From: an uncultured Erysipelotrichaceae bacterium | GTDB taxonomy: Bacteria > Bacillota_I > Bacilli_A > RF39 > UBA660 | Assembly (NCBI GenBank): GCA_902793375.1 | Contig: CADBDE010000002.1 | Location: 15,810-79,809 of the forward strand | Reading direction: 5' to 3' | Length of the DNA stretch: 64,000 bases | Part shown: piece after piece, positions 1-9,013 of the stretch | Position numbering within the stretch: the stretch's first letter is position 1 | How the letters are laid out: the number at the start of each line of letters is the position of its first letter | Made by a program: the position numbers and the translations under genes | The notes under the pieces: generated by a model | Seen by the model: only the letters and a program-made list of their open reading frames with translations | What the model was told of the DNA's origin: nothing | Databases searched by the model: none

Positions 1-470
1 AATTCAAATGGTAGATTTCCAAAGAATATCAATACTACACCAATCATTAATGATGCTGTTTTAATTTTACCGCTTCCTATTGCTGCAACAACTTTACCAC
101 GTCCTGCTGCTTCCATCTTAATTGCATTTACAATTATATCTCTTGTAACTATTATTACAGGAATTATAGCATTTATCTCATTTTTAGCAGCTAATATTAT
201 TAATACAGAATTAACTAATATCTTATCTGCTATTGCGTCAAGCATTTTTCCAGTATTTGTAACTAATCCTCTCTTTCTTGCAATATAACCATCAAAGAAA
301 TCAGTTAAGCTAGCTATTATAAATAATATTCCAGCAATTATATAATCCCATCTTAGAGATACATCTTGTATTACCGGTCCATCTTGTAAGAAATCTATTC
401 CTAGATTATAAAATGGAACACATAATATTATCACAATTATTACTGATAATATAAGTCTTGTTATTGTCAA
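1..470 (-). CDS. pgsA: CDP-diacylglycerol--glycerol-3-phosphate 3-phosphatidyltransferase (5' part; gene runs off the window start)
   Basis: Not in the ORF track (TTG start at 468-470, no stop before the edge). My minus-strand translation reads ...DFFDGYIARKRGLVTNTGKMLDAIADKILV... This is the CDP-alcohol phosphatidyltransferase motif D-G-x2-A-R-x8-G-x3-D-x3-D. It lies directly downstream of the rodZ-like gene, as in Bacillus ymfM-pgsA. Confidence 0.8.
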   Translation of the reverse strand, partial: MTITRLILSVIIVIILCVPFYNLGIDFLQDGPVIQDVSLRWDYIIAGILFIIASLTDFFDGYIARKRGLVTNTGKMLDAIADKILVNSVLIILAAKNEINAIIPVIIVTRDIIVNAIKMEAAGRGKVVAAIGSGKIKTASLMIGVVLIFFGNLPFE

Positions 471-471
471 T

Positions 472-975
472 TTATTTGGTAAATTCAAAATAATCACCTT
501 CTATCTTAGATCTTAACTCAATAGTTGTTTTATCCTTCTTTGGTCTTAATAATTGAAATAATAAAAATACTATTAACACTAACAAAGCAAATAAGAATAA
601 ACCATACAATATTGGTTTTCTATTTTTTCTTTTTGGTTTAATAATGGTGTATGGAGAAGAAATTTTTTTGATGTCTTGCTTATTCTTATTTATATCTTTT
701 TCAGCATCAATAATATCTTGTAAAGATATCTTAGATGTTTTTTCAAAAAGATAATCGTTAAACTCATCTATTACTTCTTCAGGCTTAAGTCCTAAATACT
801 TAGCATAGTCTTTTACTTTTTCTTTCATAGAAAGAACATCTTTAAATGCTCTTGTATTCCCCTCTTCTATACTTTCTAATAAAAAACTATCGATATTTAA
901 GTCTTGAGCTGCTTCATCAATACTTACACCGTTGTTTATTCTTGTATCTTTTAAATATTGTCCTAGCTCTTTCAT
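472..975 (-). CDS. rodZ: RodZ-like cytoskeleton/HTH membrane protein
   Basis: N-terminal XRE-type HTH (LGQYLKDTRINNGVSIDEAAQDLNI), basic linker, and a single TM (ILYGLFLFALLVLIVFLLF). Start moved to the ATG at 975 behind the GAGGTG RBS. Synteny with pgsA. Confidence 0.55.
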   Translation of the reverse strand: MKELGQYLKDTRINNGVSIDEAAQDLNIDSFLLESIEEGNTRAFKDVLSMKEKVKDYAKYLGLKPEEVIDEFNDYLFEKTSKISLQDIIDAEKDINKNKQDIKKISSPYTIIKPKRKNRKPILYGLFLFALLVLIVFLLFQLLRPKKDKTTIELRSKIEGDYFEFTK

Positions 976-994
976 AAACACCTCTATAAAAAAT

Positions 995-1353
995 AATAAT
1001 ACTTAATAAGCCATGTTCTGTACCTATTACTAGGTGGTAAACATTTATCTATTAGTTTCCTAATCCCTAACTCGGTTCTTATTCCCTAATTAAAGCTCCT
1101 CTACCAAAATTTGAGTTTCTCGCTCGTGGGGTTTATCACGTTCCACATCCATCGTTTCCAATTTATTCGTCACTATGACACTTTATGACTACTATAATCA
1201 TATCCAAAGACTTAGATTAATTCGTCGCCGTTAGTATTTCTACTACCTAGAGTTATTTTTTTCTCTAGCGCGATCACTATAATCATCACAGACTATGCGA
1301 GCATGGACTTTCCTCTATATTATATAATATAGCGTTTACCTAAAGTATTATTC
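995..1353 (-). ncRNA. rnpB: RNase P RNA, type B (Firmicute type)
   Basis: The minus strand carries the universally conserved GAGGAAAGTCCATGCTCGC (1297-1315). It also has GGTAAACCCCACGAGCGAGAAACTCAAATTTTGGTAGAGGAGC (about 1093-1143) and the 3' ACAGAACATGGCTTA (1007-1021). These match the B. subtilis RNase P RNA almost block for block. A P1 helix is possible between AATAATACTTTA (5') and TTAAGTATTATT (3'). The segment is GC-richer than its flanks and has no ORF. Ends are +/-10 nt. Confidence 0.9.
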
Positions 1354-1689
1354 ATCTTTACCATATACAATTTTTTCAAGTTGAGATAGTCTCTTCATTA
1401 TATCTACATTAGTTCCACCTTTATTACCAGAATCTTCGCCTTCATTTGTTTTAGCAATTTCTAAACTAGTCTTAAGGTTTCTATTCTCTTGTTTCAAAGA
1501 CATAATCTCATCTAACAATTCTTCTTTTTCTTTATCTTTATCTTTTAAGATTTTAAAAAATTGTTCATAATCACTGATAATAAGATCAAGAAATTGATCA
1601 ACTTCTTTCAATCTATATCCTCTAGTGTCTATTTTAAACTCTTTTTCTAAAATATCTTTTGAAGATAAATTAAATTGTTCTTGATACAT
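1348..1689 (-). CDS. gpsB: cell cycle protein GpsB (DivIVA-domain)
   Basis: N-terminus MYQEQFNLSSKDILEKEFKIDTRGYRLKEVDQFLDLI is the DivIVA/GpsB lipid-binding domain, followed by a C-terminal coiled coil. About 113 aa. ATG at 1689 behind GGTGAT. Adjacent to rnpB, as in B. subtilis. Confidence 0.85.
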   Translation of the reverse strand: MYQEQFNLSSKDILEKEFKIDTRGYRLKEVDQFLDLIISDYEQFFKILKDKDKEKEELLDEIMSLKQENRNLKTSLEIAKTNEGEDSGNKGGTNVDIMKRLSQLEKIVYGKDE

Positions 1690-1939
1690 ATATATCACCA
1701 ATCCCTTACTTTATTATTATCGTATAAAATATAGTATTTGTCAAACATAACAATGATTTAATTATTTATCTTTATTATTATAACAAATTCATATTATGTG
1801 ACTCTATTATACAACAACTAATTACTATTTAAAATAATATTAATACGAAACTTTTATTTTATTATTTAAAAAGGTGGAAAAAAAATATAATATATTGTAT
1901 AATAAATTGAGATATGTTTAATAGTATCTAGGTGAGTTT

Positions 1940-2512
1940 ATGGACTATCCAAAAGGTATCAAAAGAAGTACAAATGGCAATTATATAAGATTTGATAATA
2001 GAGGAATGGGACTTGAAAGTGATATAAATATTACTAATCAATATTATATTGATAATAATATCGCATTCATTTATAAGAAACCTACTCCAATACAGGTTAC
2101 AAAAGTAGATTATAAGAATAATAGTATGATTATTAAAGAAGGTTTTTTTAAAGAACCATCTACTACAGATTATAATGGATTATATGATGGACTATATATA
2201 GATTTTGAAGCAAAAGAAACTACAAGTAAAACTTCTTTTCCATTATCAAATATTCATAAACATCAAATAAATCATATAAGAAATGTAATTAATCATGGTG
2301 GAATTGGTTTTTTAATAGTAAGATTTACTCATCTTAATAAAAATTACATATTAATGGGAAAAGATTTTATAGATTACATAGATAATAATGATAGAAAATC
2401 TATTCCTTTAGAATTTTTTAATAGTAATGGATATTTGATAGAAATATCATATATGCCAAGACTTAATTACTTAAAAATAATAGATAATATTATAGGAGGT
2501 AAAAATGGCTAA
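1940..2512 (+). CDS. recU: Holliday junction resolvase RecU
   Basis: DYNGLYDGLYIDFEAKETTSKTSFPLSNIHKHQINHI matches the RecU catalytic core. AGGTGA RBS. Overlaps and precedes ponA, the classic recU-ponA operon. Confidence 0.9.
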   Translation: MDYPKGIKRSTNGNYIRFDNRGMGLESDINITNQYYIDNNIAFIYKKPTPIQVTKVDYKNNSMIIKEGFFKEPSTTDYNGLYDGLYIDFEAKETTSKTSFPLSNIHKHQINHIRNVINHGGIGFLIVRFTHLNKNYILMGKDFIDYIDNNDRKSIPLEFFNSNGYLIEISYMPRLNYLKIIDNIIGGKNG

Positions 2513-5378
2513 AAAGAAAAAGAAAAATTTAAAAATACATATTAAACCAGGAGTAAGAAATTTAGGAATATTTCTTTTAATAACATTTATACTTGGTTTA
2601 ATTTTTATGAATTTTACATTTACTGTAATTCTAATATTAGGAATTCTATTAATAATGTGGATTTCAAACATTATGGCAAAAAAAAGAAAGAGAAAATGGG
2701 TAAGAATTGTTTTCAATTGTTTGGCCATACTTTTCCTTCTTGCTGCAATAGCTGGAGTTGGTGCTGTTGCCTGGTTTTTAAACTATGTCGTTGATCATGC
2801 ACCTGAATTTAATGAAGATGCATTAACAATGACACAAACTACAAAGATATATGATTCTCAAGGAATAGAAATAGCAGAACTAGGAACAGAAAAAAGAGAA
2901 ATCATTAAATATAATCAATTAAATGAAGTTCTAGTTGATGCATTAGTTGCAACAGAAGATTCAAGATTCTTCCAACATAATGGGTTTGATGCTCCAAGAT
3001 TTATTGTTGCATCATTAAAACAAGCTACTGGTAATTCTGATGCCGGTGGTGCATCAACATTAACAATGCAAGTTGCAAAAAATAGTTATAATGCCGAAAA
3101 TGCTAGAGAAACAAAAGGATTTAAAGGAATTGTTCGTAAATTTACTGATATTTATATGGCTGTATTTAAAATAGAACAAAACTATTCAAAACAAGAAATT
3201 ATTGAATTCTATTTAAATAACCACTTCTTAGGTAATAATGCATATGGAATTGAGCAAGCTGCTCTAACATATTTCAATAAACATGCAAGAGATTTAAATC
3301 TTGCTGAATCATCTTTATTAATTGGAATGTTCCAAGCACCTGGAGCTTATGATCCTTTTAAAAATCCAGATGCAGCAACTGCACGTCGTGCAACTGTTTT
3401 AAAACTTATGCAAAATCATGGTTATATTACAGAGGAAGAAAGAAAAATTGCTAATTCCATTCCTGTTAAAAAAATGTTAGATACACAAAAAACTGATCAA
3501 AAATATTGGTCTTATATTAATACAGTAGTTGAAGAAGCTCAAAAGAGATATGGAGCTAATCCTCATACAACTTCAATGTTAATTTATACTAATATGAATT
3601 CTCAATATCAACAAGCAGTAGATGACTTAATGAGTGGAAGAACATATAATTGGGATAATCCTGATGTTCAAGCAGGTATTGCAGTAGTAGAAGCAAAATC
3701 TGGTAAAATAACAGCAATTGGAGCAGGAAGAAACCAAGAAGGTGTTTATAGTCCAACAAACTATGCTACTCAAACTGTAAGACAAATTGGTTCAACTGCA
3801 AAACCTGTATTTGATTATGCTCCTGGTATTGAATATAATAACTGGTCAACTGGAAAACTATTCGATGATTCAAAATATTACTATAGTACAGGTCAAGAAA
3901 TAAGAAACTCCGATCGTGGATATATGGGAATAATAACACTTAGAACTGCTCTTGCTCAGTCAAGAAACGTTCCAGCATTAAAAGCATTCCAACAAACAAG
4001 TCAGGAAGATAAATTTAAATTTGTAAAATCATTGGGAATATCACTTGAAGCAGAATCAGAAAAAACTGGATACTTACACGAAGCATATTCAGTTGGAGCA
4101 TTCAATGGATCTAATCCAATGGAAATGGCTGGTGCATATGCAGCATTTGCAAATGGTGGATATTATACTAAACCATATACTATTAGCAAGATTAAATTTA
4201 GAGATACTGGGGAAGTAGTAGAACATGAAGAAGAAAACAATCAAGTAATGAGTAGTGCAACAGCATTTATGATTACTGATTGTTTAAAAACGGCTGTTAC
4301 AAACGGACTTAGTAATGCAGCAAGAATTAATGGTGTAAATGTAGCTGCTAAAACCGGAACTACTAACTATACAGCACAAATTCGTTACCAATATGGGTTA
4401 GGTGATGATGCACTTAATGATGCATGGATAATCGGATATGATCCTGATACTGTAATATCATTATGGTATGGATATGATCCAATAAGTACTAAATATTGGT
4501 CTAATCCAAATTCAGCATTAAGAAACAGAAAAGCAATATTTACACAATTAGGTAATGTAATATTTAAGAAAAATGGACAGGATTTTGCAGTACCAGATAC
4601 CGTAGTAAAAGTTGGTATAGAAAAATTTAATGACGTTGATAGAGAATTAAAACTACCAAGTCAATATACACCTGGCGATCTGATATACTACGAGTGGTTT
4701 AAAAAAGGTACTGAGCCTACGGAAGTATCGGCTGCGTACCAAAGACTCTCCGACGTTACAAATTATTCAGGTAATTATAACGAAAATGCAAAAACAGTTA
4801 CTCTTAAATGGACTGGAATAACTCCAGGAGAAGATTTATCAAAATCTTATGGAGAATTAGGATACAAAATATATATGGGTGGTTCTTATATGGGATTCAC
4901 TAAAGAAACATCAATTACAATAAATAATGTTACTAATCCATATACCTCATATAGAATAGTTGCAGGATATGGTAATTCTGGAGCTGTAGATAGTTTGGGA
5001 GTTGTTGTTACTATAAAAGATGATGCAAAATATAGTGCAAGTCTTACTGTACCTAATCAAAAAACATATAATCAAAATGCAACACTTGATTCACACGATT
5101 CAAATCCTAAAACTAGCGATGTAAGCTTAACTAGAAATGGATCTACCGTAACTCCAAATGTTACAATTTCTATTGTAGATAGTGGAGGTAATAAAGTATC
5201 AAGTATTACTTCAACAGTACCAACCAAGTATACAATTAGTTATGCTATTAGTTATGCATCATATAATACTACACTTACTAGAACAGTAACTATAAAAGCT
5301 TCTGGTGGTGAAAATACAAATACTGAACATGAGAATAATACTGGTGATACTGAGTTTACGGATGAAGAAAAACCATAA
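2505..5378 (+). CDS. ponA: bifunctional class A penicillin-binding protein (glycosyltransferase + transpeptidase) with long C-terminal extension
   Basis: GT51 motifs EDSRFFQHNGFD and GASTLTMQVAKN. Transpeptidase motifs STAKP (SxxK), SRN and KTGT. The C-terminal roughly 250 aa look like FN3/Ig-like beta domains and end in a low-complexity tail. Confidence 0.9.
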   Translation: MAKKKKKNLKIHIKPGVRNLGIFLLITFILGLIFMNFTFTVILILGILLIMWISNIMAKKRKRKWVRIVFNCLAILFLLAAIAGVGAVAWFLNYVVDHAPEFNEDALTMTQTTKIYDSQGIEIAELGTEKREIIKYNQLNEVLVDALVATEDSRFFQHNGFDAPRFIVASLKQATGNSDAGGASTLTMQVAKNSYNAENARETKGFKGIVRKFTDIYMAVFKIEQNYSKQEIIEFYLNNHFLGNNAYGIEQAALTYFNKHARDLNLAESSLLIGMFQAPGAYDPFKNPDAATARRATVLKLMQNHGYITEEERKIANSIPVKKMLDTQKTDQKYWSYINTVVEEAQKRYGANPHTTSMLIYTNMNSQYQQAVDDLMSGRTYNWDNPDVQAGIAVVEAKSGKITAIGAGRNQEGVYSPTNYATQTVRQIGSTAKPVFDYAPGIEYNNWSTGKLFDDSKYYYSTGQEIRNSDRGYMGIITLRTALAQSRNVPALKAFQQTSQEDKFKFVKSLGISLEAESEKTGYLHEAYSVGAFNGSNPMEMAGAYAAFANGGYYTKPYTISKIKFRDTGEVVEHEEENNQVMSSATAFMITDCLKTAVTNGLSNAARINGVNVAAKTGTTNYTAQIRYQYGLGDDALNDAWIIGYDPDTVISLWYGYDPISTKYWSNPNSALRNRKAIFTQLGNVIFKKNGQDFAVPDTVVKVGIEKFNDVDRELKLPSQYTPGDLIYYEWFKKGTEPTEVSAAYQRLSDVTNYSGNYNENAKTVTLKWTGITPGEDLSKSYGELGYKIYMGGSYMGFTKETSITINNVTNPYTSYRIVAGYGNSGAVDSLGVVVTIKDDAKYSASLTVPNQKTYNQNATLDSHDSNPKTSDVSLTRNGSTVTPNVTISIVDSGGNKVSSITSTVPTKYTISYAISYASYNTTLTRTVTIKASGGENTNTEHENNTGDTEFTDEEKP

Positions 5379-5403
5379 AAAGATGTTTTATAACATCTTT
5401 TTT
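5377..5403. terminator. bidirectional rho-independent terminator (ponA / ZIP transporter)
   Basis: Hairpin AAAAGATGTT-ttat-AACATCTTTT, flanked by an A-run and a T-run. Confidence 0.6.
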
Positions 5404-6142
5404 ATATTAATAAAATACTTAATAAAATAATAATCATTCCTAATAGAAAATAAAAAAAATTCTTTTCTTTGTACTTTATTCCTTCTATAAATAATTCAAA
5501 TATTGATAAATAAATCATTATTCCCGAAGTAAATGAGAGAATTACTCCAAAAAAATAATAGTCAATTTTATAAAAAAAGAGGTATCCAATTATAGCACCA
5601 AATGGTTCAGATAATGCAGAACAGAGTGTATATAAAAAGGCTTTCTTAATATTTTTATCTCCATAATATAATGGTACTGAAATAGCTATTCCTTCTGGTA
5701 TATTATGTAATGCTATTGAAAAAGCAATAGGTATACCAACAGAAAGATCTTTAGATGAAGATACAAATGTTATTATTCCTTCTGGTATATTGTGAATAAT
5801 TAAAGTTAACATAGAAATAATACCAATTTTATATATTTTATTATTATTTTTATATTTAGAATCTAAGGTATATACTAATATACCTCCAAAAAGCACATAA
5901 ACGCCTATTATAGCCATTGAAGGAATAAAATCGTATATTTTATTAATATATAAAAAAGATGATGGAATAAGGTCAAAAACAGAAATAAAAAGCATAACAC
6001 CTGATGAGAATAATAAACTATTTGATAATACTTTTTTATAATTAATAGATTTATTAAGCAATATTAAGCATCCAATAAGGGTTGACATTCCAGATAAAAT
6101 AGTTATTATGAAACTTGTTAAAAAATTCAATTTTATCACCAT
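5402..6142 (-). CDS. zupT: ZIP family zinc/metal transporter (ZupT-like)
   Basis: Polytopic, about 8 TM and 246 aa, with two HNIPEGI motifs typical of ZupT/ZIP. Confidence 0.7.
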   Translation of the reverse strand: MVIKLNFLTSFIITILSGMSTLIGCLILLNKSINYKKVLSNSLLFSSGVMLFISVFDLIPSSFLYINKIYDFIPSMAIIGVYVLFGGILVYTLDSKYKNNNKIYKIGIISMLTLIIHNIPEGIITFVSSSKDLSVGIPIAFSIALHNIPEGIAISVPLYYGDKNIKKAFLYTLCSALSEPFGAIIGYLFFYKIDYYFFGVILSFTSGIMIYLSIFELFIEGIKYKEKNFFYFLLGMIIILLSILLI

Positions 6143-6174
6143 TAAATTATATTAAGAAAAGCATTAGATTATTT

Positions 6175-6798
6175 CTAATGCTTTTTATCATAATTACATA
6201 TTTTAATTAACTTACATCCATCACATTTAGGCTTATTTGAAGTACAATAATATCTTCCAAAAAGTACTAATTGATGATGTAATCTTGACCACTTATCTTT
6301 TGGAAAAAATTTCATTAGTTTTTTTTCAACAGTTAGAACCTCATCTTTATTTTTAGCTATTCCCAATCTTTTACTTACCCTATTAACATGAGTATCAACA
6401 GCTATAGCGGGATAATCAAACAAATTACTTCTAACAACATTACTTGTCTTTCTTCCTACACCAGGAATATTAGTTAACAATCTCTCATCGTTAGGAACTA
6501 CTCCATTACAGTTATCTAATAAAAATGATGAGATTTCTTTGATAAAAATACTTTTTTTATTAACCATTCCTATAGGTTTTATTATATTTTTAATATCCTC
6601 TATATCAGCATTTTTTATTTTTTCTAAAGAATCATATTTATTAAATAATACACTAGTTACTTCATTTACTCTTTTATCTGTAGTTTGTGCACTTAATACT
6701 GTTGCAATAAGTAATTCATAATCTTTATTATAGTTTAATTCACATTTTGGATTAGGAAACAAAAAATCAAGATATTCTTCAATTTCTTTTCTATTCAT
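6175..6798 (-). CDS. nth: endonuclease III
   Basis: HhH-GPD motif (LTNIPGVGRKTSNVV...D) and a C-terminal 4Fe-4S cluster loop C-x6-C-x2-C-x5-C (CTSNKPKCDGCKLIKIC). Confidence 0.9.
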   Translation of the reverse strand: MNRKEIEEYLDFLFPNPKCELNYNKDYELLIATVLSAQTTDKRVNEVTSVLFNKYDSLEKIKNADIEDIKNIIKPIGMVNKKSIFIKEISSFLLDNCNGVVPNDERLLTNIPGVGRKTSNVVRSNLFDYPAIAVDTHVNRVSKRLGIAKNKDEVLTVEKKLMKFFPKDKWSRLHHQLVLFGRYYCTSNKPKCDGCKLIKICNYDKKH

Positions 6799-7450
6799 CG
6801 TCTTCTATCCAATCATAATCAAAGACATCTATTTTTTCTTTTTTATCTTCTTTATCTCTAAAATTCTTTCTATTTTTTTCTACATCATCTTTAGTTTTTA
6901 TTCCTTTTTTTGCCCAAGTATATAGTACTTTATCAATATATCTAATACTTGCTACATTATTCTTAATAGCTTCTTTAATAGCTTCCTTAACAACTTCTAT
7001 ATCATAGTTCCATTCTTTAACAATTTCTACTTCAACAAATGATAACTGAAGTCCAACTTCCTTTTCTAAAATCTCAAAGATTTCATCTTTTTCATCTTTT
7101 TTATCATCTTTTTGTTCTTCATTCATTACATTTAATGCTAATTTTTCATAGAAAAAATCCAAGAAAATAAATTCTTCCATTATATTTTTATCATTCTTTA
7201 TAACTTTTATTTCCATTAATTTATTACTTTGAAGATCAGATACATATTTCATAATCTTTTTTGAATCGCAGTTCATACTCTTACTAAATTCACTAACATC
7301 AAATGGTATTTTATTTCCTTTATTAAATAAGTACATCAAAAAAATAAAAGTTTCATAATCAATATTATACTTTTGAAAATCTCTATAAATATAAAGAGGA
7401 ATAATAATATTCTCACTCTTTATAACATTCAACAGTTTTTCATGTTTCAT
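6791..7450 (-). CDS. dnaD: DnaD-domain replication initiation/membrane attachment protein
   Basis: C-terminal DnaD/DnaB_2 domain (VEIVKEWNYD...SIRYIDKVLYTWAKKGIKT). Overlaps nth by 8 nt, the Bacillus dnaD-nth arrangement. Confidence 0.7.
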   Translation of the reverse strand: MKHEKLLNVIKSENIIIPLYIYRDFQKYNIDYETFIFLMYLFNKGNKIPFDVSEFSKSMNCDSKKIMKYVSDLQSNKLMEIKVIKNDKNIMEEFIFLDFFYEKLALNVMNEEQKDDKKDEKDEIFEILEKEVGLQLSFVEVEIVKEWNYDIEVVKEAIKEAIKNNVASIRYIDKVLYTWAKKGIKTKDDVEKNRKNFRDKEDKKEKIDVFDYDWIEDDE

Positions 7451-7461
7451 AGATATTCCCC

Positions 7462-8556
7462 CTATCTATAATTATTTATAATATATTCTTCTATCTTTTC
7501 CTTTTTGTTTTCTAAATTATTATTTATAATTTCAATAGTTATTTTATCATATACTTCTTTAAATAATGGCCCTGGTTTAATATTTAATATTCTTTCTATA
7601 TCCATTGCAGTAATATCTATTTCTTTTTTAGATTTTATTGGTAAATTATCATATAGCCCTACAATTTTAGATTTATCAACACCAATTATATTAGATGCAA
7701 TCTGATTAGCATATAATCCATATTTATATAAAGAATAATTATTAATACCTATTTTTAATACTTCTTTAACATCTTTTATTATTGCTTTTTCACTACTAGA
7801 AAACTCTTGTTTATATTTGTCAGTTGAATCTAGTGAAGCCCAAATACTAATAATATCATTACATAAAATAATATTATTCATATTATATATTTCTAATTCT
7901 TTATCTAGTCCCAAATCAATTAATAATTGTACTCCGTATTTAGCATTACTACTTAGAAAAATTCTATCTAATTCTTGCTTTTTTCTACTATAAGAAAGTG
8001 TTTTCAATAAATGCTTATTTTCTATTATAGCACTTTTTACTTCATCACTTAAAGAAAAATTTAAACTTGTTGCAAATCTAATTGCTCTTAGAATTCTTAA
8101 TGAATCTTGTGAAAACTTATAATTACTATTACCTATAGTATTAATTACTTTGTTTTCAATATCCTTTTTACCATCAAAATAGTCTAAAACTACTCCATGT
8201 TTATCTATACACAAAGCATTCATTCTAAAATCTCTTCTTTTTAAATCTTCTAAAAGACTACTAATGTATTCTATTTCGATTGGTTTACGATTATTGATAT
8301 ATTTAATCTCTTTTCTAAATGTAGTTATTTCATATCTTTCGTTTTTTAAATATAAGGTAACTGCTCCATATTCTTCTTTTGGAAGTACAGAATTAGGAAA
8401 CATTTCCATAATTTCTTTAGGAGTTGCACTTGTTGCAATATCTACATCTTTTGAGTTAATTCCTAAAACATAATCTCTTACAAATCCACCAACAATATAT
8501 GCTTTAAATCCTTTTTCTTCAAATTGATTTAATAATTTTAAAGCTTCTTTTAACAC
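7462..8556 (-). CDS. cca: CCA-adding tRNA nucleotidyltransferase (poly(A) polymerase head family)
   Basis: GGFVRD...DVDIAT nucleotidyltransferase head and the RRDFRMNA motif. GTG start behind GAGGTGA. Confidence 0.8.
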   Translation of the reverse strand: MLKEALKLLNQFEEKGFKAYIVGGFVRDYVLGINSKDVDIATSATPKEIMEMFPNSVLPKEEYGAVTLYLKNERYEITTFRKEIKYINNRKPIEIEYISSLLEDLKRRDFRMNALCIDKHGVVLDYFDGKKDIENKVINTIGNSNYKFSQDSLRILRAIRFATSLNFSLSDEVKSAIIENKHLLKTLSYSRKKQELDRIFLSSNAKYGVQLLIDLGLDKELEIYNMNNIILCNDIISIWASLDSTDKYKQEFSSSEKAIIKDVKEVLKIGINNYSLYKYGLYANQIASNIIGVDKSKIVGLYDNLPIKSKKEIDITAMDIERILNIKPGPLFKEVYDKITIEIINNNLENKKEKIEEYIINNYR

Positions 8557-8602
8557 TAGATATCACCTCTTCAATTATAACAAAAAAAATGCTCTAAACA
8601 AA

Positions 8603-8625
8603 TAAAAAAAGAGCAAATGCTCTTT
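8603..8625 (-). terminator. rho-independent terminator of hup
   Basis: On the minus strand: AAAGAGCA-tt-TGCTCTTT followed by TTTTT. Confidence 0.6.
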
Positions 8626-8630
8626 ATTTA

Positions 8631-8903
8631 CTAGTTTACTGCGTCTTTTAATGCAGTTCCAGCTTTAAAAGTAACTGCTTTTCTAGCTGGGATTTTAACA
8701 GTAGCACCAGTTTGAGGGTTACGTCCTTCTCTTGCTTTTCTCTTAGAAACATTGAATGTTCCAAATCCAGCAACAGGAACTCTTTCTCCCTTCTTTAATG
8801 CTTTAGTAATTACTTCAAAAGTAGCATCTAAAGCACGATTTGCATCAGCTTTTGTTAAACCAGTTTTTTCTGCAATTGCTTCTACTAATTCAGCTTTTTT
8901 CAT
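8631..8903 (-). CDS. hup: DNA-binding protein HU
   Basis: 90 aa. MKKAELVEAIAEKTGLTKADA...GFGTFNVSKRKAREGRNPQTG...IPARKAVTFKAG is canonical HU. Strong GGAGG RBS. GC-richer, as expected for a highly expressed gene. Confidence 0.95.
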   Translation of the reverse strand: MKKAELVEAIAEKTGLTKADANRALDATFEVITKALKKGERVPVAGFGTFNVSKRKAREGRNPQTGATVKIPARKAVTFKAGTALKDAVN

Positions 8904-9013
8904 TTTATATTACCTCCAATTTTTAAGCACTATATGCTTACATATACAAATTATCATACTTTTAAGACAAAAGCAATAGATTTTGTTTATTTTTCAACGA
9001 ATTTTACATTTTT

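Noticed and set aside
2471-2728. 85-aa minus-strand ORF overlapping the recU end and ponA start.
   Set aside because: It lies wholly inside well-supported plus-strand genes, has no RBS and has AT-rich low-complexity composition.
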